Assembly: GCA_030390025.1 (NCBI GenBank)
Contig: CM059432.1
Span: 146,632,001 to 146,696,000 of the forward strand
Length of the DNA: 64,000 nt
Reading direction: 5' to 3'
DNA from: Squalus acanthias
Lineage: Eukaryota
Shown: one piece after another, positions 11,793-24,600 of the stretch
Numbering within the stretch: the stretch's first letter is position 1
How the letters are laid out: each line of letters begins with the position of its first letter
The notes under the pieces: model-generated
The model's database searches: none
What the model saw: the letters and a program-made list of their open reading frames with translations, nothing else
Told to the model about the DNA's origin: nothing
Position numbers and translations under genes: made by a program

Positions 11793-13016
11793 TTCAGGTC
11801 GAAACCCTTCGTCGGAACTGAGAGAGCAAGACATAAACAGATAAAAATGCAAGGGGGAGGCTGGGGGGAGGAATAAAAGAACAAAAGGGATGGTCTTTAG
11901 TGAGTAGAGACATTGAGAGATGCTCAAGGCAAGACGAGATGGTAATGAGACAGGTTGAGAAACAAAAGGTAAGGTGTGAAATGCTGGCAGAATCAGAGAC
12001 AGCTGCCGTGGGGGGAGAGAGAGAAAAAAAGGAAAAAGGCACGGACCAAAAGAGTGGATAAAATGTATACATATGTGGTAGGGGCCGGGGTTATGATCTG
12101 AAATTGTTGAACTCGATATTGAGTCCGGAAGGCTGTAAAGTGCCTAAACGGAAGATGAGGTGCTGTTCCTGGAGCTTACGCTGAGCTTCCGTGGAACAAT
12201 GCAAGAGGCCGAGGACGGTGAGGTCTGAGTGAGCGTGGAGGGGTGAATTAAAATGACAAGCGACCGGAAGCTCGGGGTCACCCTTCCGGACTGAACGAAG
12301 GTGTTCCGCAAAGTGGTCACCCAATCTGCGCTTGGTCTCCCCAATGTAGAGGAGACCACATCGTGAGCAGCGAATACAGTATACTAGATTGCAAGAAGTA
12401 CAAGTAAATCGCTGTTTCACCTGGAAGGGGTGTTTGGGGCCCTGGAGAGTGGGAAGGGGGGATGCATAAGGGCAAGTGTTGCATCTCCTGCGCTTGCACG
12501 GGAAGGTGCCGGGTGAAGGGGAAGGGGTGCTGGGGGTGGTAGAGGAGTGGACTAGGGTGTCTCGGAGGGAGTGGTCCCTACGGAATGCTGAAAGGGGAGG
12601 TGAGGGGAAGATACGTTTGGTGGTGGGATCACGTTGGAGGTGGCGGAAATGGCGGAGGATGATCCGTTGAATGTGGAGGCTGGTGGGGTGAAAGGTGAGG
12701 ACAAGGGGAACTCTATCGTGGTTCCGGGAGGGAGGGGCCGGGGTGAGGGCAGAAGTGCGGGAGATGGAACGGACACGGTCGAGGGCCGTGTTGACCATCT
12801 CTCGATCTCTTGAGCATCTCTCAATGTCTCTACTCACTAAAGACCATCCCTTTTGTTCTTTTATTCCTCCCCCCAGCCTCCCCCTTGCATTTTTATCTGT
12901 TTATTTCTTGCTCTCTCAGTTCCGACGAAGGGTTTCGACCTGAAACGTTAACTCTCTTTCTCTCTCCACGGATGTTGCCTGGCCTGCTGAGTTTTTCCAG
13001 CGTTTTCTGTTGTTAT
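11793..13016 (-). mobile_element. 5'-truncated Penelope-like element (GIY-YIG domain only) with inverted pseudo-LTR and 13-bp TSD
   Basis: ORF 12091-~12795(-) has CKRRRCNTC, VYCIRCSRCGLLYIGETKRRLGDHFAEH and LGTLQPSGLN. Segments 11793-11943 and 12794-12944 are inverted copies. TSD TTCTGTAATACCA at 11780-11792 and 13017-13029. Confidence 0.92.
12918..12953 (+). ncRNA. Minimal type-I hammerhead ribozyme motif in the pseudo-LTR (variant core CCGACGA)
   Basis: AGTT-CCGACGA-A-GGGT-TTCG-ACCT-GAAACGTT-AACT: stem I AGTT/AACT, stem II GGGT/ACCT, palindromic stem III ACGT. The core has C at the canonical U4 position. Confidence 0.7.
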
Positions 13017-13123
13017 TTCTGTAATACCAATGTGTTTCATTTAACATAGTGATATAATTGTGCCTCATTTATCATACTGTGATACCAGTTTTCTTCATTT
13101 AACATACTGTGTTATCAGCAAGT

Positions 13124-14063
13124 ACATAAGAACATAAGAAATAGGGCAGGAGTACGGCCCCTTGAGCAAGCTCCACCATTTAATAAGATCATGGCTGATC
13201 TCTACCTCAAGTCCACTTTCCTGCCCTATCCCCATATCCCTTGTTTCCCTTAGTGTCAAAAAAATCTATCGATCTTGAATATACTCAATGACTCAGCGTC
13301 CACAGCCCTCTGGGGTAGCGAATTCCAAAGATTCACAACCCTCTGAGTGCAGAAACTTCTCATCTCAGTCCTAAATGGCCAACCCCTTATTCTGATTCTA
13401 TGACTAGTTCTAGACTCTCCAGTCAGGGGAAACAGCCTCTCAGCATCTACCCTGTCAAGCCCTCTAAGAAATTTATATGTTTCAATGATATCACTTCTCG
13501 TTCTTCTAAACTCCAGAGAGTATAGGCCCATTCTACTCAATCTCTCCTCATAGGTCAACACTATCATCCCAGGAATCAATCTAGTGAACCTTCACTGCAC
13601 CCTCTCTAAGGCAAATATATCCTTCCTTAGGTAAGGAGACCAAAACTGTGCACAGTTCTCCAGCTGTGGTCTCGCCAAAGTCCTATATAATTGCAGCAAG
13701 ACTTCCTTACTCTTACATTCCAAAACTGCTTCCAATAAATGCTAAAATACCATTTGCCTTCCTAATTGCTTAGTCTACCTGCATTTTAACTTTCTATGAT
13801 TTGTGTACAAGAGCACCTAAATCCGACTGCATACCAACATTTATTAGTCTTTCACCTTTTAAAAAATATTCTGCTATTCTATTCTTCCTACCAAAGTAGA
13901 TAATTTCACATTTACCCACGTTATATTCCATCTGCCACCTTCATGCCCAGTCACTTAACCGGTCTATATCTCTTTGCAGTGTCTTTGCGTCCTCCTCACT
14001 AGTTTTGTATTGTCAGCAAACTTGGATACATTACACTTGGTCCCCTCATCTAAGTCATTGATG
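13124..14063 (-). mobile_element. CR1 LINE, 3' portion (RT C-terminus + tail)
   Basis: (ACATAAGA)n tail at 13124-13140; minus-strand IPGMIVLTYEERLSRMGLYSLEFRR..TQRVVNLWNSLPQ. Confidence 0.9.
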
Positions 14064-16790
14064 CAAGGTGGCTAAGGTTGGGAACTAAATGTTCCAGGGT
14101 ACTTGATATTTCAAAAAGACAGGCAGAATGGAAAAGGAGGGGGAATAGCCCTGATAATAAAGGATGACATAAGGACAGTAGCGAGAAAGGATCTTGGCTC
14201 GGAAGATCAGGAAGTAGAATCAGTATGGGTGGAGATAAGGAATAACAAGGGGCAGAAAACATTGGTAGGAGTAGTATATAGGCCCCCTAACAGTAGCTAT
14301 ACTGTTGGACAGAATATTAATCAAGAAATAGTAGGAGCTTGCAACAAAAGTAATGCAATAATCTTGGGGGACTTTAATCTTCATATAGACTAGACAAATC
14401 AAATTGGAAAAGGTAGTCTGGAGGACGAGTTCATGGAATGCATTTGGGACAGTTTCCTAGAACAATATGTCATGGAACCAACCAGGGAACAGGCTATTTT
14501 AGATCTTGTATTGTGTAATGAGACAGGGTTAATTAGCAATCTCATAGTAAAGGATCCTCTGGGGCAGAGTGATCATAATATGATAGAATTTCACCTTAAT
14601 TTTGAGAGTGACTTGCCTAAGTCCGAAACTAGACTCTTAAACTTAAATAAAGCCAATTACATAGGTATGTGGAATGAGTTGGCTACGGTAGATTGGAAAA
14701 ATAGATTAAAAGGTATGGCAGTAAATAAGCAGTGGCTAGCATATAAAGAAATATTTCATAATTCTCAACAAAAATACATTCCATTGAGAAACAAAAACTC
14801 CACGGGAAAAGTGATCCAACCGTGGCTAACTAAAGAAGTTAAGGAAAGCATTAGATTGAAAGAAGAAGCTTATAATGTTTCAAAGAATAATAGTAAGCCT
14901 GAGGATTGGAGAGAGTTTCAGAAACCAGCAAAGGTTGACGAAAAAATTGATAAAAAGGTAAAAAATAGAATATGAGAGAAAACTAGCAAGAAATATAAAA
15001 GCAGATTGTAAGAGTTTCTACAAGTATGTAAAAAGGAAGAGAGTAGCAAAAGTAAACGTTGGTCCCTTAGAGGCTGAGACAGGAGAAAATATTATGGGGA
15101 ATAAGGAAATGGCAGAAACGTTAAACAAGTATTTTGTATCTGTCTTCACAGTAGAAGACACAAAAAGCATACCAAAAATGGTGGGGAGCCAAGGGTCTAA
15201 TGAGGGTGAGGAATTTAACGTAATTAATATAAGTAGAGAAAAAGTACTAGAGTAACTAATGGGACTAAAAGCTGACAAATCCCCTGGACCTGACGGCCTA
15301 CATCCTAGGGTTCTAAAAGCGGTGGCTGATGAGATCGTGGATGCATTGGTTTTGATCTTCCAAAATTCCCTAGATTCTAGAATGATCCCAGCGGATTGCA
15401 AGGTCGCAAATGTAACACCGCTATTCAAGAAAGGATGGAGAGAGAAAACAGGGAACTACAGACCAGTTAGCCTGACATCAGTCGTCGGGAAAATGCTGAA
15501 ATCCATTGTTAAGGAAGTGGTATCAGGACACTTAGAAAATCATAACATGATTAGGCAGAGTCAACATGGTTTTATGAAAGGGAAATTGTGTTTGACAAAT
15601 TTATTAGAGCTTTTTGAGGATGTAACTAACAGGGTTGATAAAGGGGAACCTGTGGATGTAGTATATTTGGATTTCCAAAAGGCATTCAATAAGGTGCCAC
15701 ATAAAAGGTTGTTACACAAGATTAGGGCTCATGGAGTTGGGGGTAATATAGTAGCATGGATAGAGGATTGGTTAATGGACAGAAAACAGAGAGTAGGAAT
15801 AAATTGATCTTTTTCAGGTTGGCAGGTTGTAACTAGTGAGGTGCCGCAAGGATCAGTGTTGGGGACTCAGCTATTTACAATCTATATTAATGACCTAGAT
15901 GAAGGGACCGTGTGTAATGTATCCAAGTTTGCTGATGATACAAAGCTAGGTGGGACATTAAGCTGTGAGGAGAACACAGAGTCTGCAAAGGGATATAGAT
16001 AGACTAAGTGAGTGGGCAGTAAGGTGGCAGATGGAGTATAATATAGGGAAATGTGAGGTTATTCACTTTGGCAGGAAGAATAGAAAAACAGAATATTTTT
16101 TAAATGGCGAGAAACTTTCAAATGTTGGTGTGCATAGAGATTTGGGTGTCCTTGTGCAAGAAACACAGAAAGTTAGCATGCAGGTACAGCAAGCAATAAG
16201 GAAGGAAAATGGCATGTTGGCAAGGGGGGTTGGAGTATAAGAGTAAGGAAGTCTTGCTACAATTGTACAGAGCCTTGGTGAGACCACACCTGGAGTACTG
16301 TGCACAGTTTTGGTCTTCTTATCTAAGGAAGGATATACTTGCCTTGGAGGCGGTGCAATGAAGGTTCACTCTCTGGAGTTTAGAAGAATGAGAGGTGATC
16401 TCATTGAAACATACAAGATTCTGAAGGGGATTGACAGGGTAGATGCTGAGAGGTTGTTTCCCCTGGCTTGAGTGTCTAGAACTAGGGGACATAGTCTCAG
16501 AATAAGGGGTAGGCCATTTAAGACCAAGATGAGGAGGAATTTCTTCACTCAGAGGGTTGTGAATCTTTGGAATTCTCTGCCCCAGAGGGTTGTGAATGCT
16601 GAGTCTTTCAGTATATTCAAGGCTGAGATCGATAGATTTTTGGACTCAAGGGGAATCAAGGGATATGGAGATCGGGCGGGAAAATGGAGTTGATGTCGAT
16701 GAGCAGCCATGATCTCATTGAATGACAGAGCAGGCTTGAGGGGCCGTATGTCTTACCCCTGCTCTTATTTTTCACGTTCTTATATTCTTA
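14064..16790 (+). mobile_element. CR1 LINE, 5'-truncated, decayed ORF2 (EN + RT) with 3' tail
   Basis: GGGIALIIK, VGVVYRPPNS, ILGDFN, DPLGQSDH, KSPGPDGLHPRVLK, QHGFMKGKLCLTNL, FADD region at ~15930, FFTQRVVNLWNSLP. Tail ..GTTCTTATATTCTTA. Multiple stops. Confidence 0.95.
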
Positions 16791-17570
16791 ATCTCAATAT
16801 GAAATCCTATCATATATGATCACTCTTCCCCAGAGGATCCTTTACTATAAGATTGCTAATTAACCCTGTCTCATTACACAATACTAGATCTAAAATAGCA
16901 TGTTCCCTAGTTGGTTCCTTGACATATTGTTCTAGAAAACTGTCTCGAATGCATTCCATAAACTCGTCTTGCCAATTTGGTTTGCCCAGTCTATATGCAG
17001 ATTAAAGTCCCCAAGGATTATTGTATTAACCTTGTTGCATGCTCCTCTAATTTGCTGATTTATACTCTGTCCAACACTATAACTACTGCTAGGCGCCTAT
17101 AAACTACTCCCACCAGTGTTTTCTGTCCTTTGCTATTTCTTAGCTCCACCCAAACTGATTCTACACCCTGATTTTCTGTGCAAAGATTCTTGCTCACTGC
17201 TGTCTTTATTTCATCATTTATTATCAGAGCTACCCCCTGTTCCTTTTATATTGTGCATATCTTTTCTAAAATTCAAGTACCTTGGAATATTTAGTTCCCA
17301 ACCTTGGTCACCTTGCAATGGCGTCTCAGTAATGGCTACTAGATCAAACCCATTTACCTTTATTTGTGCAATTAATCTGTCTTGTTATGAATGATCCATA
17401 CATTCAGATGTAGCACCATTAATTTTAACTTTTTACTACTTTTCCCTGATGTGATCTGAGTCACTATTGCTCTATTACCTTTGTTAAATGCTCTGTCCCT
17501 TCCTGACACACTCTGCTCTCCAGCCTTGAGTTTTCCCTATAGACTTATAAATGTACCCTTACCTGAACTC
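16791..17570 (-). mobile_element. CR1 LINE, 5' portion (endonuclease region); probably the same copy as 13124-14063
   Basis: Minus strand reads LVGVVYR, ILGDFNLHIDW and DPLGKSDH, homologous to 14260-14600. Confidence 0.8.
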
Positions 17571-18680
17571 ATTTAACATACGATGATAATACTGTGCACG
17601 ATGAGCATAACATGATACCAGCGTGACTCATTTAACATACTGTGATACCAGTGTTCTTCATTTGAAGCACTGTGACACCAGTGTACATTATTTAACAATG
17701 CAATACCATACAGCTCATTTAAGACAATGTGGTACCAGTGTGTCCCATTTAATATTGTGATACCAAAGTGCCTCATTTAGCATAGTGATACCAATGTGCC
17801 TCATATAACATTCTGTAATACCAACGTGCCTCATTTAACACACTGAGGTCTGCTCCTATTCTGCTCACTAATTACGATGTTGCCAAGTTTTGTATCATCT
17901 GCAAACTTCAAAATTGTACTCCCTATACCCAAGTCTAGGTCATTTATATATATAACAAAAAAACAATGGTCCCAATATGACCCCTTGGTACAACACTGCA
18001 TATTTCTTTCCAGTCAGAAAAATAACATTCGCCACTAATCTCTGCCTCCTATCCGTTAGCCAATTGCGTACCTATGTTACCCCAGAACTTTGCTAACAGT
18101 GTGACTCATTTAACATACACTGATAGCAGTGAGACTCATTTAACATTCTATGGTACCAGTGTGTCTTATCTAACATACTGTGGTACAAGAGTGCCTCATT
18201 TAACATAGTTGATACAAGTGTGCCTCATTTAAAATACAGTGATACCAGTGAGCCTTAGTAAACAATATGATACCACTGTGCCTCATTTCACAATGTGATA
18301 CCAGGGTCCTTCATTTAACATACTGTGATACCAGTGTCCCTCATTTATGAAAGTAATGTAAACCAGTGAGCCTCATTTAATATACTGCGATACCTGTGTG
18401 CCTCATTCAAAATAGTCATACCAGTGTGCTCATGTAACATACTAATACCAGTGGACTTCATTAACATTGTGATACCATTGTGACTTATTAATATACTATG
18501 ATACCAGTATGTCTTATGAAAGAAACGGTGATACCAGTGTGCTTCAGTTAACATAATGATACCATTTTGCCTTATTCAACATACTGTGAGACTAGTGTGC
18601 ATCAATTAACAATGCAATAATATATAGCTCATTTCAGACAATGTGATACCAGTGTACCTCAATTTAGGAAGTGATACCAG
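17571..18680 (+). repeat. Degenerate mixed 30/28-bp satellite units (left transition zone of the main array)
   Basis: CATTTAACATACTGTGATACCAGTGTG (30-mer) and CATTTAACATAGTGATACCAGTGTG (28-mer) units interspersed, with many substitutions. Confidence 0.85.
17846..18095 (-). mobile_element. Short internal CR1 RT fragment
   Basis: Minus strand VIYINDLDLGIGSTILKFADDTKLGNIV; no tail and no TSD seen. Confidence 0.75.
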
Positions 18681-21600
18681 TGTGCAACAGTTAACATAGT
18701 GATACCAGTGTGTCTGATATAACATAGTGATACCAGTGTGTCTGATATAACATAGTGATACCAGTGAGTCTCATTTAACATAAAGATACCAGTGTGTCTC
18801 AATTAACATAGTGATACCATTGTGCAACATTTAACATAGTGAAACCAGTGTGCAACAGTTAACATAGTGATACCAGTGTGTAACATTTAACATAGTGATA
18901 CCAGTGTGTCTCACTTAACATAGTGATACCAGTGTGTCTCATTTAACATATTGATACCAGTGTGTCTCATTTAACATAGTGATACCAGTGTGTCACAGTT
19001 AACATAGTGATACCAGTGTGTCTCATTTAACATAGTGATACCAGTGTGTCTCATTTAACATAGTGATACCAGTGTGTCTCATTTAACATAGTGATACCAG
19101 TGTGTCTCATTTAACATAGTGATACCAGTGTGTCTCATTTAACATAGTGATACCAGTGTGTCTCATTTAACATATTGATACCAGTGTGTCTCATTTAACA
19201 TAGTGATACCAGTGTGTCTCATTTAACAAAGCGATACCAGTGTGCAACATTTAACATAGTGATACCAGTGTGCAACACTTAACATAGTGATACCAGTGTG
19301 CAACATTTAACACAGTGATACCAGTGTGTCTCATTTAACATAGTGATTCCAGTGTGTCTCATTTAACATAGTGATACCAGTGTGCAACATTTAACATAGT
19401 GATACCAGTGTGTCTCATTTAACATAGTGATACCAGTGTGCAACATTTAACATAGTGATACCAGTGTGACTCATTTAACATAGTGATGCCAATTTGTCTC
19501 ATTTAATATAGTGATAAAAGTGTGTCTGATTTAACATAGTGAAACCAGTGTGTCTCACATAATATAGTGATACCAGTGTGCAACATTTAACATAGTGATA
19601 CCAGTGTGTCTCATTTAACATAGAGATAAAAGTGTGTCTGATTTAACATAGTGATACCAGTGTGCAACAGTTAACATAGTGATACCAGTGTGCAACAGTT
19701 AACATAGTGATTCCAGTGTGTCTCATTTAACAAAGTGATACCAGTGTGTCTCATTTAACAGAGTGATACCAGTGTGTCTCATTAAACAAAGTGATACCAG
19801 TGTGTCTCATTTAACATAGTGATACCAGTGTGTCTCATTTAACAAAGTGATACCAGTGTGCCTCATTTTACATAGTGATACCAGTGTGTCTCATTTAACA
19901 TAGTGATACCAGTGTGTCTCATTTAACAAAGTGATACCAGTGTGTCTCATTTAACATAGTGATTCCAGTGTGTCTCATTTAACACAGTGATACCAGTGTG
20001 TCTCATTTAACATAGTGATACCAGTGTGTCTCATTTATCAAAGTGATACCAGTGTGCCTCATTTAACATAGTGATACCAGTGTGTCTCATTTAACAAAGT
20101 GATACCAGTGTGCCTCATTTAACATAAAGATACCAGTGTGTCTCATTTAACATAGTGATTCCAGTGTGTCTCATTTAACATAGTGATACCAGTGTGCCTC
20201 ATTTAACATAAAGATACCAGTGTGTCTCATTTAACATAGTGATTCCAGTGTGTCTCATTTAACATAGTGATACCAGTGTGCAACATTTAACATAGTGAAA
20301 CCAGTGTGCAACAGTTAACATAGTGAAACAAGTGTGTAAAATTAACATAATGATACCAGTGTGTCTCATTTAACATAGTGCTACCAGTGTGTCTCATTTA
20401 ACATAGTGATACCAGTGTGTCTCATTTAACAAAGTGATACCAGTGTGTCTCATTTAACATAGTGATTCCAGTGTGTCTCATTTAACACAGTGATACCAGT
20501 GTGTCTCATTTAACAAAGTGATACCAGTGTGCCTCATTTAACATAGTGATACCAGTGTGTCTCATTTAACATAGTGATACCAGTGTGTCTCATTTAACAT
20601 AGTGACACCAGTGTGCCTCATTTAACATAAAGATACCAGTGTGTCTCATTTAACATACTGATTCCAGTGTGTCTCATTTAACATAGTGATACCAGTGTGC
20701 AACATTTAACATAGTGAAACCAGTGTGCAACAGTTAAAATAGTGAAACCAGTGTGTATCATTTTACATAATGATACCAGTGTGTCTCATTTAACATAGTG
20801 ATACCAGTGTGTCTCATTTAACATAGTGATACCAGTGTGTCTCATTTAACAAAGTGATACCAGTGTGTCTCATTTAACATAGTGATTCCAGTGTGTCTCA
20901 TTTAACACAGTGATACCAGTGTGCCTCATTTAACATAGTGATACCAGTGTGCCTCATTTTACATAGTGATACCAGTGTGCCTCATTTAACATAAAGATAC
21001 CAGTGTGTCTCATTTAACAAAGTGATACCAGTGTGTCTCATTTCACATAGTGAAACCAGTGTGCAACAGTTAACATAGTGAAACCAGAGTGTATCATTTT
21101 ACATAATGATACCAGTGTGTCTCATTTAACATAGTGATACCAGTGTGTCTCATTTAACATAGTGATACCAGTGTGTCTCATTTAACATAGTGATACCAGT
21201 GTGTCTGACTTAACATAGTGATACCAGTGTGCAACATTTAACATAGTGATACCAGTCTGTCGCATTTAACATAGTGATACCAGTGTGTCTCATTTAACAT
21301 AGTGATTCCAGTGTGCAACATTTAACATAGTGATACCAGTGTGTCTCATTTAACATAGTGATACCAGTGTGCAACATTTAACATAGTGTTAACAGTGTGC
21401 AACATTTCACTTAGTGATACCAGTGTGCCTCATTTAACATAGTGATACCAGTGTGTCTCATTTAACAAAGTGATAGCAGTGTGTCTCATTTAACAAAGTG
21501 ATACCAGTGTGCAACATTTAACATAGTGATACCAGTGTGCAACATTTCACTTAGTGATACCAGTGTGTCTCATTTAACAAAGTGATACCAGTGTGTCTCA

Positions 21601-24600
21601 ATTAACAAAGTGATACCAGTGTGTCTCATTTAACAAAGTGATACCAGTGTGCAACATTTAACATAGTGATACCAGTGTGCAACATTTAACATAGTGATAC
21701 CAGTGTGTCTAATTTAACATAGTGATACCAGTGTGCCTCATTTTACATAGTGATACCAGTGTGTCTCATTTAACATAGTGATACCAGTGTGTCTCATTTA
21801 ACATAGTGATTCCAGTGTGTCTCATTTAACAAAGTGATACCAGTGTGTCTCATTTAACATAGTGATTCCAGTGTGTCTCATTTAACACAGTGATACCAGT
21901 GTGTCTCATTTAACATAGTGATACCAGTGTGTCTCATTTAACAAAGTGATGCCAGTGTGCCTCATTTAACATAGTGATTCCAGTGTGTCTCATTTAACAT
22001 AGTGATACCAGTGTGTCTCATTTAACAAAGTGATGCCAGTGTGCCTCATTTAACATAGTGATACCTGTGTGTCACATTTAACATAGTGATACCAGTGTGC
22101 CTCATTTAACATAAAGATACCAGTGTGTCTCATTTAACAAAGTGATACCAGTGTGTCTCATTTAACATAGTGATTCCAGTGTGTCTTATTTAACATAGTG
22201 ATACCAGTGTGCCTCATTTAACATAAAGATACCAGTGTGTCTCATTTAACATAATGATACCAGTGTGTCTCATTTAACATAGTGATACCAGTGTGTCTCA
22301 TTTAACATAGTGATACCAGTGTGTCTCACTTAACATAGTGATACCAGTGTGTCTCATTTAACATAGTGATACCAGTGTGCAACATTTAACATAGTGATAC
22401 CACTGTGTCTCATTTAACACAGTGATACCAGTGTGCCTCATTTAACATAAAGATACCAGTGTGTCTCATTTAACAAAGTGATACCAGTGTGTCTCATTTC
22501 ACATAGTGAAACCAGTGTGCAACAGTTAACATAGTGAAACCAGAGTGTATCATTTTACATAATGATACCAGTGTGTCTCATTTAACATAGTGATACCAGT
22601 GTGTCTCATTTAACATAGTGATACCAGTGTGTCTCATTTAACATAGTGATACCAGTGTGTCTGACTTAACATAGTGATACCAGTGTGCAACATTTAACAT
22701 AGTGATACCAGTCTGTCGCATTTAACATAGTGATACCAGTGTGTCTCATTTAACATAGTGATTCCAGTGTGCAACATTTAACATAGTGATACCAGTGTGT
22801 CTCATTTAACATAGTGATACCAGTGTGCAACATTTAACATAGTGTTAACAGTGTGCAACATTTCACTTAGTGATACCAGTGTGCCTCATTTAACATAGTG
22901 ATACCAGTGTGTCTCATTTAACAAAGTGATAGCAGTGTGTCTCATTTAACAAAGTGATACCAGTGTGCAACATTTAACATAGTGATACCAGTGTGCAACA
23001 TTTCACTTAGTGATACCAGTGTGTCTCATTTAACAAAGTGATACCAGTGTGTCTCAATTAACAAAGTGATACCAGTGTGTCTCATTTAACAAAGTGATAC
23101 CAGTGTGCAACATTTAACATAGTGATACCAGTGTGCAACATTTAACATAGTGATACCAGTGTGTCTAATTTAACATAGTGATACCAGTGTGCCTCATTTT
23201 ACATAGTGATACCAGTGTGTCTCATTTAACATAGTGATACCAGTGTGTCTCATTTAACATAGTGATTCCAGTGTGTCTCATTTAACAAAGTGATACCAGT
23301 GTGTCTCATTTAACATAGTGATTCCAGTGTGTCTCATTTAACACAGTGATACCAGTGTGTCTCATTTAACATAGTGATACCAGTGTGTCTCATTTAACAA
23401 AGTGATGCCAGTGTGCCTCATTTAACATAGTGATTCCAGTGTGTCTCATTTAACATAGTGATACCAGTGTGTCTCATTTAACAAAGTGATGCCAGTGTGC
23501 CTCATTTAACATAGTGATACCTGTGTGTCACATTTAACATAGTGATACCAGTGTGCCTCATTTAACATAAAGATACCAGTGTGTCTCATTTAACAAAGTG
23601 ATACCAGTGTGTCTCATTTAACATAGTGATTCCAGTGTGTCTTATTTAACATAGTGATACCAGTGTGCCTCATTTAACATAAAGATACCAGTGTGTCTCA
23701 TTTAACATAATGATACCAGTGTGTCTCATTTAACATAGTGATACCAGTGTGTCTCATTTAACATAGTGATACCAGTGTGTCTCACTTAACATAGTGATAC
23801 CAGTGTGTCTCATTTAACATAGTGATACCAGTGTGCAACATTTAACATAGTGATACCACTGTGTCTCATTTAACACAGTGATACCAGTGTGCAACATTTA
23901 ACATAGTGATAACAGTGTGCAACATTTCACTTAGTGATACCAGTGTGCCTCATTTAACAAAGTGATACCAGTGCGCCTCATTTAACATAGTGATACCAGT
24001 GTGTCTCATTTAACAAAGTGATACCAGTGTGCAACATTAAACATAGTGATACCAGTGTGCAACATTTCACTTAGTGATACCAGTGTGTCTCATTTAACAA
24101 AGTGATACCAGTGTGTCTCATTTAACAAAGTGATACCAGTGTGTCTCATTTAACAAAGTGATACCAGTGTGCAACATTTAACATAGTGATACCAGTGTGC
24201 AACATTTAACATAGTGATACCAGTGTGTCTAATTTAACATAGTGATACCAGTGTGTCTCATTTAACAAAGTGAGACCAGTGTGTCTCATTTAACATAGTG
24301 ATACCAGTGTGTCTCATTTAACATATTGATACCAGTGTGTCTCATTTAACATAGTGATACCAGTGTGTCTCATTTAACATATTGATACCAGTGTGTCTCA
24401 TTTAACATAGTGATACCAGTGTGTCTCATTTAACATATTGATACCAGTGTGTCTCATTTAACATAGTGATACCAGTGTGTCTCATTTAACAAAGCGATAC
24501 CAGTGTGCAACATTTAACATAGTGATACCAGTGTGCAACATTTAACATAGTGATACCAGTTTGCAACATTTAACACAGTGATACCAGTGTGTCTCATTTA

